A stretch of DNA of 64,000 nt from Octopus bimaculoides. Its lineage: Eukaryota. Positions 22,785-34,830 of this stretch are shown piece by piece. Each line of letters begins with the position of its first letter. Positions within the stretch are counted from its first letter, which is position 1. The position numbers and the translations under genes are program-made. The notes below the pieces were generated by a model that did not search any database, was not told the DNA's origin, and worked only from the letters and a program-made list of their open reading frames with translations. Location of the stretch: NCBI RefSeq assembly GCF_001194135.2, contig NC_069000.1:47060130-47124129 (forward strand), written 5' to 3'.

Positions 22785-23123
22785 GTGATAGTGTTGTTGT
22801 CATTGCTTGTTATATGTGTAAATACGCTGAAAAAACAAAAGTGTATATAATTTTGACTCTCCCTTGTATGTATGTATATATATATTATCTATCTATAAAA
22901 AACATAAATCTAAAATAAGAAGCACACTCTAAGATGTAGAACAGTCTATATTAAAAATGGAGAAGGCCAGTTTGAATCTCTGTAACAATTCAAAATATTG
23001 AATTTAATTCCTTTTCATTCTACCTCAGTCCATCTAATTGTATTTATTTATCGCTACTTTTCATTAAAAAAGGCCTTATTTTTTTATATTCAATGTGCAT
23101 TTTCGCTTTTCTTCTTACTTTCC

Positions 23124-23227
<104 letters not shown>

Positions 23228-25689
23228 CACGTAGAGGATATTTCTAGACAGATAAAAATACACAGACCAATAAACTGGTAGGCAGATAGATAAACAGACA
23301 GACAGACAAAAGTATGGGTGGATGGATAAAAGGTGAGACAATGAGGGTATAGACTGATGGGTCTCTGGGTGGTTTCCTCAATTTCCGGCAAACCATAACT
23401 TCAGTTCCTTTATCTCTCCTATGTTGTTCCACTTCAGTGAAAATCTCCTGATCTATCACCGTCCACCCGGAGGTACAGCTGCCAGAATATCCTCCTGGGC
23501 TTACATTTTTCTGAAATAATCCTTTTAACTTCTGTCTGTAGTTTTTGGTTGTTGTTGTCTGTGGGAATCCAAGGAAGTCTTCAGTTGGACTCTTTTGAAT
23601 TTATGGAACATTTCTTCCCAGATAAAGATTTTGAGGCCAATTTTGGTTATTACAACCATTTTTGAAGAAATTAATAATAATGGTTTCAAATTTTGGCACA
23701 AGGCCAGCAATTTCAGGGGGGGGGGGGGCTGGTCGATCACATCAATCCCAGTAGTCAACTAGTGTTTACTTTATTCACCCCCAAATGATGAAAGACAAAG
23801 TCAACCTCAGTGGAATTCGAATTCAGAATGTAAAGGCAGACAAAATGCCACCAATCATGGCGCCTGGCAGGCTAACGATTCTGCCAGCTTGCAACCTTAA
23901 GAGATATTAATATTAATAATAAAAATAATAAAAGAGTGGCTGTGTGGTAAGAAGCTTGCTTACCAACCACATGGTTCTGGGTTCAGTCCCACGGCATGGT
24001 ACCTTGGGCAAGTGTCTTCTACTATAGCCTCGGGCTGACCATTTTTTCACAAATATTCTTTGTCATATCCGTTTATATCTTTGTTACATTTATATTACTT
24101 ATATCTATGCTACATCTGTCTTTGTTATGGTCTTTCATATCTGTTTCTTGTATTTGTTATATATTTCTCATATCTCTGATAAATCTATGTTATATCTACA
24201 TAATATGTATGTCATATCTATATCTTTGCCATATCTAGGTTCTGTTACATTTACGTTTTTGTCGTGTTTGTTATATCCATGTTATATCCATGTTATGTCT
24301 GTTTGCAATAAACATTCGTCATATCTATATTTGCTTATCGTTTGTCACTACTTCATACTGTTCACCAATCGTAAAAATTCTACATAAAGTGACTGCAACC
24401 AAATTCCTTCCTTCCGGATGGTATTATATTTCATAAGAGCATTCTAAGAGCTTTAGACTCCAGCAACACACTCAGTTTCATATTTTTAATGGCAAATTTA
24501 GGCCAACCATCAAAAATAGGAAAAAACCTAAAGTGAGTTGATTTCAAACAATTTTTTGATATTTGGTTCTAAAATTGGTTTTCCAACTGTTTGCAAAAGA
24601 TTCTACTTGTACAACAGGTCTAAATTTTGTCAAAATCATTCAGTTGGTAAGACTAGAAGTAAAAAGCCTTCCTTTGTAATTCCAAACCAATTTATTTCAT
24701 TCTGATAACTAGTTGCTATAGCTTATAAAGTTTACAGAAACAAACGCATCTTATCGTTCTCATCTGGCAATACAAGTTTTAGATATCTTTGAAATTAGGT
24801 TATAAATTTATCAAAAGACCTCTGCAGAATTACCATTTAACATAGGCACCAGTGTGCCTGTGTGGTAAGAAGTTTGCTTCCCAGCCACATGGTTCCAGGT
24901 TCAGTCCCACTGCATGACACCTTGAGCAAGTGTCTTCTGCTATAGCCCCTAGTTGACCAAAACCTTGTGAGTAGATTTGGTAGACGGAAACTGAAAGAAA
25001 CCCATCGTATATATGAAGACATGTGCCTTAGTGGTTAGGGCATTTAGCTCAGTCATAAGGCATGATGAGTTCAATTCCTGGCAGTGCATTATTAGGCATT
25101 ATTAGAGTAAGACACTATTTCATGTTACTCCACTTCACTATGTTGGTAAAATGAGCTGTACCAGTAATTCAAAGGGGGCAGCGATGTCCACATTCTGTGT
25201 CACACTGAATCTCTCTGAGAACTATGTTAAAGGTGCACCACATGTCTGTAGAGTGCTCAACCCACTTGTATATTAATTTCACAAGCAGGATGTTCCGTTG
25301 ATCAATGCCAGTTTGTGTGTGCGTGCGTGCTTGTTTCTCCTTCCTTTGACATCATGTGGTGGCTGTAACCGAGTGTCACTGTCATGCAAGCAGTGTCATT
25401 TATTTCCAATCTTCCATAAAAACATGTCTGGCCCTGGTGTAATGTCATCTTGCTTGGGAAGTATGTCTCACTAAACTCTGTTTAACCTAAGCAAACATGC
25501 AGAAGTCAAAATAATGATGAAATACATACATACATACATACATACATACATACATACTTACATATACATACATACCTACATACATACATACATACATATA
25601 TATACATACATACATACACTAACAATTATACACATCAATCGGTGCAAATTTGTAAAACATGCCGAAAATTCTGTTTGGATTTCCTGAAA

Positions 25690-25747
<58 letters not shown>

Positions 25748-25844
25748 TACCGATATGTGTGTATATATTGCACACACACACACACACAAGAAGTAATCAA
25801 TCAGATATAAAATGTGTGTGGGTATATATATATATATGTATATG

Positions 25845-25875
<31 letters not shown>

Positions 25876-26404
25876 GTATATGTATATGTATATATATATA
25901 TATATGTGTGTGTGTGTATGTATATATGTATGTATATATGTATGTATATGTACATGTGTACGTGTGTTTGTTTAGTTGTGCCGACATCAAAGCCTACCGC
26001 TGTCAACGGCCGGTCTATTATATTTGTTAAACAATGATACAAGACCAACGTTAGGTGATTCTGACTACAAACAGGGTTAAGAACGATAATGTTAGGCAAC
26101 GACAAAACAAAGCGGCCCTTTAATACTGGCGGATCTATTAATAGAGTGAAAGAGAGAGAATGAGTGAGTGGGGAGTATTAATGGTGGAAGGTTGGGAAGC
26201 GAATAGCAGAGTTGTTACAGAGTCAGATTTCGTCGAATCTCTGCATTCCGTGTTCAAATCTCGCCCTAGTCATCTTTTACCTTTTCTTTATTTGAAATTG
26301 ATAAAGGAATACGAATCGAGGGAGGGGATTGGGGGAACCGGTTGAAGATTGGACAAGATGTCTTGTGGTATTTGTTGAGAGGTTTACATGCAATTTACTG
26401 TCGT

Positions 26405-26525
26405 AAAAAAGTGAAAGTAAATTATACTAAAAAAAGTGAAAGTAAATTATACTAAAATAGTGAAAGTAAATTGTACTAAAATTTGAAAGTAGATTATACT
26501 AAACAGTGAAAGTAAACTGCAATTA
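26405..26525. repeat. 23-25-bp tandem repeat x5 with a TGAAAGT core
   Basis: Units resemble AAAAGTGAAAGTAAATTATACTA. Confidence 0.9.
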
Positions 26526-26968
26526 AAACCGGATGCGACGACAGTGACATCCCATAATTTCATTTTAAGTAATGTTTGTGAGAAACTCACAGGAAATCGG
26601 GAGAGTGAAATGATTCTTTTTAAAGAAGGAATTGGTTCGTATCCTTCTGAGTGGTTTCACAGGACGAACACCACTGCTTCCCGTCACTTCTGTCTCTACA
26701 GCTCATTTATTCATGCAGGATTAATGCATTGCTCATATGTAGCTGTGGTGGCTATCATGTATCGACGTGTAGGTCACCGAATCGCCTTCTCAATGGTGTT
26801 GTTGTTTGTGACTGGGCATAATACGTTGGAATGGCGCGCTTCAGCTATTTTCTGAAATAACACATCACTAGAACGTACTGTACTCCTAGGTGACTGTGGA
26901 CTGTGGTTGATCGATCTACTAGAAATAGGGGCCAAATCTTCCTTGAGCCACACGTTACTGTACTAAAA

Positions 26969-27180
26969 AGGCGGCGAACTGGCAGCAACGTTAGCAGGCC
27001 GGATGAAATGCTTAGCAGTGTTTCGTCCGTCTTTACGCTCTGAGTTCAAATTCCGCCGAGATCGACTTTGCCGTTCATCCTTTCGGGGTCGATAAATTAA
27101 GTACCAGTTGCGTAGTGAGGTCGATCTAATCGACTGGCACCTCCCCCAAAATTTTGGGCCTTGTGCCAAGAGTAGAAAAG
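26969..27180 (+). mobile_element. SINE family A, full-length copy with CpGs intact
   Basis: GGCGGCGAACTGGCAG...TGAGTTCAAATTCCGCCGAG...CCTTGTGCCAAGAGTAGAAAG, with a box-B-like GTTCAAAT. Confidence 0.85.
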
Positions 27181-27357
27181 AAAAAGGAGCGCACTAAACG
27201 TGGTCCTGGCTTTTCCACAAACAGAAAGGGATTCGCTAGAAAAATATGTTATAATTAAAAATGCCAAGTCGTGACGTCCGTACAAACAATGATGACTTTT
27301 GATGGGGGAGATGGAATGACTGAGAAAGACGCGCGCGCGCTAACGTATGTATGTATG

Positions 27358-27434
<77 letters not shown>

Positions 27435-27444
27435 GCAGGCAGGC

Positions 27445-27475
<31 letters not shown>

Positions 27476-30400
27476 TAGATAGATAGACAGGCAGACGGAC
27501 GGACGGACGGATGGATAGACAGACAGGCAGGCAGACATATAAATAGAAAGCTTTTATGAAAACAATGATATGCAATAAAAATATGCATTAACAATAGGAA
27601 AGTAGCGTAACAACATGCAACGTCAAGTAAACAATACGTAACAACGTCAACAGAACATAAAACCTGATAAGCGTCACTGCAGAAACGCAACTCCACGTCA
27701 CCGAACGTAAAGGTGACGTAATCAAACGCTAGATGACGATAGTCACAAAAAGTCATCGGATTTAAGAGGGACACGAAATGTAACGTTGATGATAACGTCA
27801 ACATAAACGTTAAACGTAATCTGACGTTATATGACGTTTCACCAAACAACAGATGCCCACCATATAAGAGACAGATTTTAGTAAATATCTGTTATATACT
27901 AAAACAAATACACATATACATATGTATGTATATACACTCACACACGCACACAGGTTTGTCAAAATAAAAATACGTATGAATTTATGAATGAGTGTGTATG
28001 TGTGCGTGTGTGTGTGTGTGTTGTCATCAATATTCTGTGTATATTGTCTTCAATATTCATGGCACCTACGTTTTGTAATAACACATTCCAATGTTATACA
28101 CGTTGGTCATTTTGTAAAGTGGCGGGACGTGTTTAAATTTACATCTATGTATAGGTATACATACGTATAGGTGTACTGGCACACACACACACACACAGAT
28201 GTACTATACGTATGTTTGAGATGGACGATGAATTTGTATGTTTGTGCAATGCATATACACATACATGCATACACAAACACATGCATGCAATCATACATAC
28301 ATATATACATGCATACATACATACATACATGCATACTTATATACATACATACTTATATACATACATACTTATGTACACACATACAGACAGAAACTGTATA
28401 ATAAAATCTGAAGGAAGATGAAATACATACATGTAAAAAACGACCATCGGAGTATCCAAGAGTTTTGTTCGGGGTATGTTAAACGGGTGTCGAATGTAGC
28501 AGGGAAGGAATCTGAAGACAGAGGCGGGGTGGGGGTGAGACTTATTAAGATGTCAGATCTAAATGAAGAGAATAACAAAATAAGAGTCCAGACGATACGT
28601 AGCGACGCCAGGGTCTTTGAAACCTTTTCCCCTGCTTTTGTGAGGTGTCAGACGATAGGTAAAGTCGGGGTAGGAGTTTTGGAGATAGAAAGAGAGAATG
28701 AGAGAGAGAATGAGCGTGTTGGTGGGGACGAGGAAAGAAGACGAAGGAAGCTGGAGAAAGATGGTAAAGAGGGTGGATGTGGTATTATTAGAAGAGTAAA
28801 TATGAAGAGGCGAAGGGAAATTCGAAAGAGATGGGTGGGGGACTAGAGAGCGAACGGGGTAGAGAAAGCGAGTAGCAGAGAGTGTGAGAGAGAAAAAAAA
28901 GAAGAAAAGAGTTATGGAATGAAAGAAAGAAAGAAATAGAGGGTTGCAGAGAAAATAAGAAAGAGGAGGGACTGAGAAATGGCAAATAGGCCAAGATTAA
29001 AGTTTGGCAAAGAAGAAAAGAACCAATGTGATGTCTCCAAACCAAAGAATACAACTTTCTTCCCGCCATAACACACACACAAACATATATAGATATTACA
29101 CATCACAAAACGACAAACATGCATACATATATCTATCTATTTGTATAATATATATAATTCTTACTCGGCCATCACACATATAGCAACACATCACAGATAC
29201 AAAACACAGACACCACACTACATACACACACACACACACCATCCTCATTGCGTTGTTTCAGCCCATAGCACACCCACTGCAGGTCCACTGGTGGCTGACG
29301 TCGCTATGTATGTGCGTGTGTGTGTGTGTACATATACCCATGTGTATACATGTGTGTGTGTGTGTGTATATATATATACGAATATACACACGCATACATA
29401 CACACACAAGTAGAGACAGTTCGCCATCCCCACCATCAACTTCTCCGCCGTCACTACAAACTCAGACTCCGCCCCCCCCCCCGCCACCCCAAACAACTTC
29501 CCTGCAAGTAGTGATAAAGCCAAATACCTACATCTGTTGCTTTGCTCTCCCTCCACCTCTCACTACATGAATCCCCTCTTCCTTCTACACTGTCCTCTGT
29601 CTCTGCTACTCCCACCACTACCATCAGCAGCGGCCATTGAACCTGTCTCTCTGCTATGTCACTTTTTTCCACAACCTTTAAATAACTTCATTTCTTAACT
29701 TGGCCGACGTTATTTACAGTTATTTATTTCCGTTTGTTGTTTATTTTTTTCTTTTATAATTTTTACTTTAAGAATGGCGTTTCTGCTTGTCTATTACTAC
29801 CGCTTCCATATCAGAATGTGTGTGTATTCTATAAATTGCACCAATTGCCTTTTGAGAGCCGATAGTAAATTGGGAGCAGTGACGATGGAATGAATGCAAG
29901 CTATGATGTAGAGAACATTGTTAGCTTAGGTGCATTTCTTGATCAAAATAACAGTCAAATCTACTCCAAAGCACCAAGGAAAGACTCTTTTTCTCTTGAA
30001 TAAATGATTCCAGAGTGAAGTTGATTCTGAAGTTTGCTATTCTGACCACTATTTTAATCTATTAATATCCATTCATTTGCTTGGTTCCAACTAATTTCTG
30101 TTTAAAAAGAATAGCAACTTCACCTGGTCTGTCCGGTTTTTTTCCCTAAAAATAGTGAAAGTTTGGTTATTCAAGCTGCTTTGTCCTTCGCTTCATCTCC
30201 ATATACCAAAGATCCTTCCATTTGACCTTCTCAGTTTGAAGCCAATTTCACAGCAAATAAAACTTCTTCAGATTCTTTTTATAGTTTGCAAGAAGGAAAA
30301 AAAAAAAACAGAACTTGGTACTTTCTATGAAGCATTGTTGCATGGACATTTCTTAATATGTTTTTGTTCTTTTGTTGGCTTCTCTTTATATTATTTTGCT

Positions 30401-30554
30401 CTTTTTACATTCTATGGTGAGCTGAGAAGGGACAATTGTAGCAGTGATTCAAAACCAAATCCCTGGATGTGCAGCAGACATCACAAGCAAACCACTCCGC
30501 TTGCAAAGACCTGTTGAAACAAGTGAAATCGAAATCGTATTCGTAATTGAACCA

Positions 30555-30972
30555 AATTCTATGACTGGCACCTGTGCCAGTGGACCGCTAACAGCACTGT
30601 CTGAGAGCGATCATTGCCAGAGCAGCTGTCTGGCTTCCGTGCCAGTGGCACGTAAATAGCACCATTTGAGCGTGATCGTTACCAGCGTTACCTTACTGGC
30701 ACGTGGAAAAACATTCAAGCGAGGTCGTTGCCAGTGCCGCTGGACTGGCCCCTGTGCAGGTGGCACGTAAAAAACACCATTTTGAGCGTGGCTGTTGCCA
30801 GTACCGCCTGACTGGCTCTCATGCTGGTGGTACATAAAAGCACCCACTACACTCTCGGAGTGGTTGGCGTTAGGACAGATTGGAGCCTGGTGCAGCCATC
30901 TGGTTCACCAGTCCTCAGTCAAATTGTCCAATCCATGGTAGCATGGAAAGCGGACGTTAAACAATGATGATA
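30555..30972 (+). mobile_element. Repeat with internal GTGGCACGTAAAA duplications and a (GAT)n tail (LINE/SINE 3' end)
   Basis: Ends GGAGTGGTTGGCGTTAGG...GCATGGAAAGCGGACGTTAAAC-(GAT)n; reverse copies at about 36215-36400 and 17520-17620. Confidence 0.65.
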
Positions 30973-31343
30973 TACACACACACACACAGAATCTTATGGA
31001 ATAAATATTAAAAAAAAAACATCTATAATATGTCTTCTGTAATTTAAACAACAACAACAAACAAAGTCTGGTAGAAATAAAGCAACAACAACAACAAAAT
31101 GAGAAACAATAATTTAATAAATATGATAGATTGTATAATTTGCTTGAAATAACAATTCTGATTTGTTCGTTCTTCCATAGAATATTGTGGGAGAGGAGGG
31201 CATGGAATGAACGGAGCTCATACATTTTGCTTTTGGACACTTTAGCATTATTATTATTATTATTATTATGCAATTTGCTATTTTGCTGGTTATTGTGATT
31301 TTTTTTTACAATTTTGTTGACTGTTGACCATTAAGGTTAGTGT

Positions 31344-31392
<49 letters not shown>

Positions 31393-31654
31393 GAATTTGG
31401 ACAAAATATTGAAACACAAACTCTTTGGGGGATTTTTGGTAATGAAATTTCAAATTAACCAAGGCTTAATTAATCTATAATGAGGGGCAAGTGTAGCTGT
31501 GAGCTGAGAAGTTTGCTTCCCAACCACATGGTTTCGGGTTCAATCCTACTACGTGGCACCTTGGGCAAGTATCTTCTACTACATCCTGAAGTCAACCAAA
31601 GTCTTGTGAGTGGATTTGGTAGAAAGAAACTGAAAGAAGCCCAGCATGTATGTA

Positions 31655-31693
<39 letters not shown>

Positions 31694-32611
31694 GTGTCTC
31701 CTTGTCTTGACATCATGTGACAATTGTAAAAGAGTGTCACTGCCATTTATTTCCAATATTCTGTGAAAACATGTCCGGCTTGGAAACAGGTGAGGGTTGA
31801 CGACCAGAAGGAAATCTGGCTTTAGAGAATCTGCCTCAATAAACTTTGTCCAAACTGTGAAAGCATGGGGAAGTGGACATTATCATGATGATGATGATGA
31901 TGATGATGAATATTCCATGATTAATGGCTTCACATTTTGGCACAAGGCCAGCAATTTTAGGGAGTGGGGAGTAAGTTGATTACGCTGACCCCAGTACTCA
32001 GCTGGTCCTTATTTTATCAACCCTGAAAGAATGAAAGGCAAAGGTGACCTCAGTGGGATTTGAACTCACAGTGTATAGAGTCAGATGAAAGACCTCAAAG
32101 CATTTTCTCCAATGTTCTAACAACTCTGTCAAGTGAACAACATTCAATAATGAAAAAACAAAAAAACTTACTTTTCTGTGTCTCTGATAAAGTATAGCTT
32201 ATATCTAATTATAGAACTAATTAAATGTACATTTAATTAATTTTTATCATTATTTTTGAATTACACTCTCTTGAAATTCCTCTAAATTCTGGTCAGATTT
32301 TTTTCCAGAGAACACAGCAGCAAGTTTTAGAGGTGTTGAGTGACTTTCTGGCGCCAAGGGTAAAGTATGATGGTGGGAATTTTGACAGCAATATCTTACC
32401 AATCTCTCAGTTCCACAACCTAACACTGAATAATGGAACCACATCCAATGAAGAGTGATTGTTCCAGCAAAGGTTAGAAAAAAATTGGTGTTTCCAGGAT
32501 TTTGGTCAATTCTATATGTGTGTGTGTGTGTGTGTAGATAGACAGATAGATAGATTTATATACACATGTTCATATACTGCAAATGCATGAATGCCTGAGT
32601 GTGTTTTTGTA

Positions 32612-32677
<66 letters not shown>

Positions 32678-33339
32678 AATGCGTATACATACATAAACCC
32701 ACTTGAAACAAAATATTGAAATAACAAGCAACAAAGAATGGTAAAGGTTAATTAGACATAATTACATTTCATTAAACAATTAATTATGAACTTGGCAGTG
32801 TAAGAGGCTGGAGGGGAGGGGAGTCAATTAAGATGATGCCCTTCCAGCCCAAGTAGATTACTGGTACCTGCAATATCAATTCGTACATCTGGATGACCCC
32901 AGATGGATTTGAACCAAGAATAGTGAGTTTCCATACCTGATGCTGTTTGTTAATGATTTATATCAGCTGAGTTTGTCCCACAGACCCAGACATCCTCACT
33001 CAAGTCCTACAAGATGTCTAATTCTCCATTCTTTTTTTATGATATCTTCATTCTATACACTGTATGCTAAATCCAATGAAATGAATTCAGGGTTTACCTA
33101 TCGAGTGAAATATTGTGTAATTGTTTATTTTCAACAATTCTATGTATTTCATATCATTTAATGCGGTAAGCCAGAACCTGGGTTATACCACAATATTAAT
33201 TAAGGTACCTTCCTAGATCTCAAATCCCTATTCCTTTATATATATATATATATATATAAAGGGTAGTCTGTGATTTCAAGTTTATTCAAACTTTACTGAA
33301 TTCTTTCATCAGTAAATGCTCTTATTTAACACTCAACAT

Positions 33340-34830
33340 TAATTAACCATTAATTGTACCACCACATCACAAAATTGCCACAAAACATCATCAGAGATAT
33401 AACAAACTTAGAAGTACAATCTGTAATGAAAGACCAAAAAATTCAAGGAAAACTGAAATATCTCATGAAAAAAAGCCATTCATTACACTCAAAGACCATA
33501 AAAGTAACTTGGACAATTTACTTCGATGTAAGACTGATAGATACAAAAAAAAATAATGACCTGAGCATAGTTAGCAAGGCAATCTTCAACCAATATAAAC
33601 AAAAGAATCAAACAATCCACAAATTTGAAACTATGGAACAACACAATGGCCATTTTCAAGTAGTTTAACAGCACCAAAAAGGAAAAATAGTTGCAGATTC
33701 ATATAATTGAATATTGTTGACTCATCAATAAGTGAAGACCTTCTCCAAAAAGCTATCTATTTTAGAAATGAATACATGGATATCACAGGTCAATTTGTAG
33801 ATTATAATGCATGTCAGAAGCTTGTTTTACTTCATCAACAACACATGTTGGGATTAAGAAGACTGAAGTAAGCAATCTCAATGTCACCATGGGAAGTCAT
33901 GAATGCATGGAAATCTGTGAGTTGGTAGGTTTGTTCCAACTGCAAAAATGCTTAGAGGTATTGTTGTTTTATGGCATCAGCCAGACCTGTAAAGGGACAA
34001 TGGACTCATGCTCACAAATGATGCAGGTGGATATTCAACAGACACTCAGGAAACAAACTGCACCATCTTTGAAAGTGTTCAGTTGGAACGAGAAAGCTGA
34101 AACTAATTTGACAAAAGTAAACTTCCTGTATATCACATTTGACCTTGAGGTCATATAAGCCTTCAAAAAACTACCACCACCCCCTTTATACAGTCATGAA
34201 CAATTAAACCACTAATCAGAGACTAACACCTGACACTTGGTAACAGGTTGTTGATTTTATCCTCAGATGAAGCCATATTCAACAAATCCATTGAATATTA
34301 CGACAAGGTATGGCTGCACAGTTTCTACCCAGACAAAATCAAATATTCACCAGAAACAAACAACCATCACCAACCATCCAAGGAAGGGGAACATTACAAG
34401 CTAGAATCCACCAAACAATACTAATATGGAAAAAAGTTTGGCAAAACACTGCCTCACACTCTTTGGTAAATACTTCCCACGTGGGCACAGATTCCACCAA
34501 CTGTTCAACAAGAACAACATAAAGGTAAACTTCTGCTGTAGGAGAAAACTGTTCTGAATCATCACAGAGCCACAATGCAAGTATCCTATAGCAACAACTG
34601 CCACAACACAGAGGTCTGCTCCGTTAAAGTGAAATATCACAAATGAAATACAATATACTGCACTGACATCTCGCAATACCTCAACCTGCTATGCAGGGCT
34701 AATTGAAAGCACATTCAAAAGTCATCTGCATTCACAAAATAATCCATTCTGCCACTGACATCTGGAAAAATGCACAGTATTGTCTAAACACATTTGGAAA
34801 TTAAAAGACACAAAATTAAACATATCACAT
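33340..34830 (+). mobile_element. Degenerate Penelope-like element (RT plus GIY-YIG)
   Basis: Frame-shifted peptides VTMGSHECMEICELVGL, TNLTKVNFLYITFDL, FPRGHRFHQLFNKNNIKV, CYAGLIESTFK and TVLSKHIWKLKD match the PLE RT/endonuclease layout; multiple stops. Confidence 0.85.

Larger units (their letters stand above)
25980..29720. promoter_or_regulatory. CpG-enriched, promoter-like interval between the two genes
   Basis: CpG density is visibly higher than in the flanks. Two ATTGG (CCAAT) boxes at 26327 and 26347, GC boxes at about 28521 and 29467, TGACGTCG at about 29294. Confidence 0.5.

Noticed and set aside
28445-28511. Minus-strand FPATFDTRLTYPE resembling the cathepsin LP.SFD.R motif
   Set aside because: Weak similarity, poor donor (GTCGTT), no QG.CGSCW exon downstream.
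29563-29637. MAAADGSGGSSRDRGQCRRKRGFM*, looks like a protein N-terminus
   Set aside because: Stops after 24 codons, weak Kozak, no good donor.
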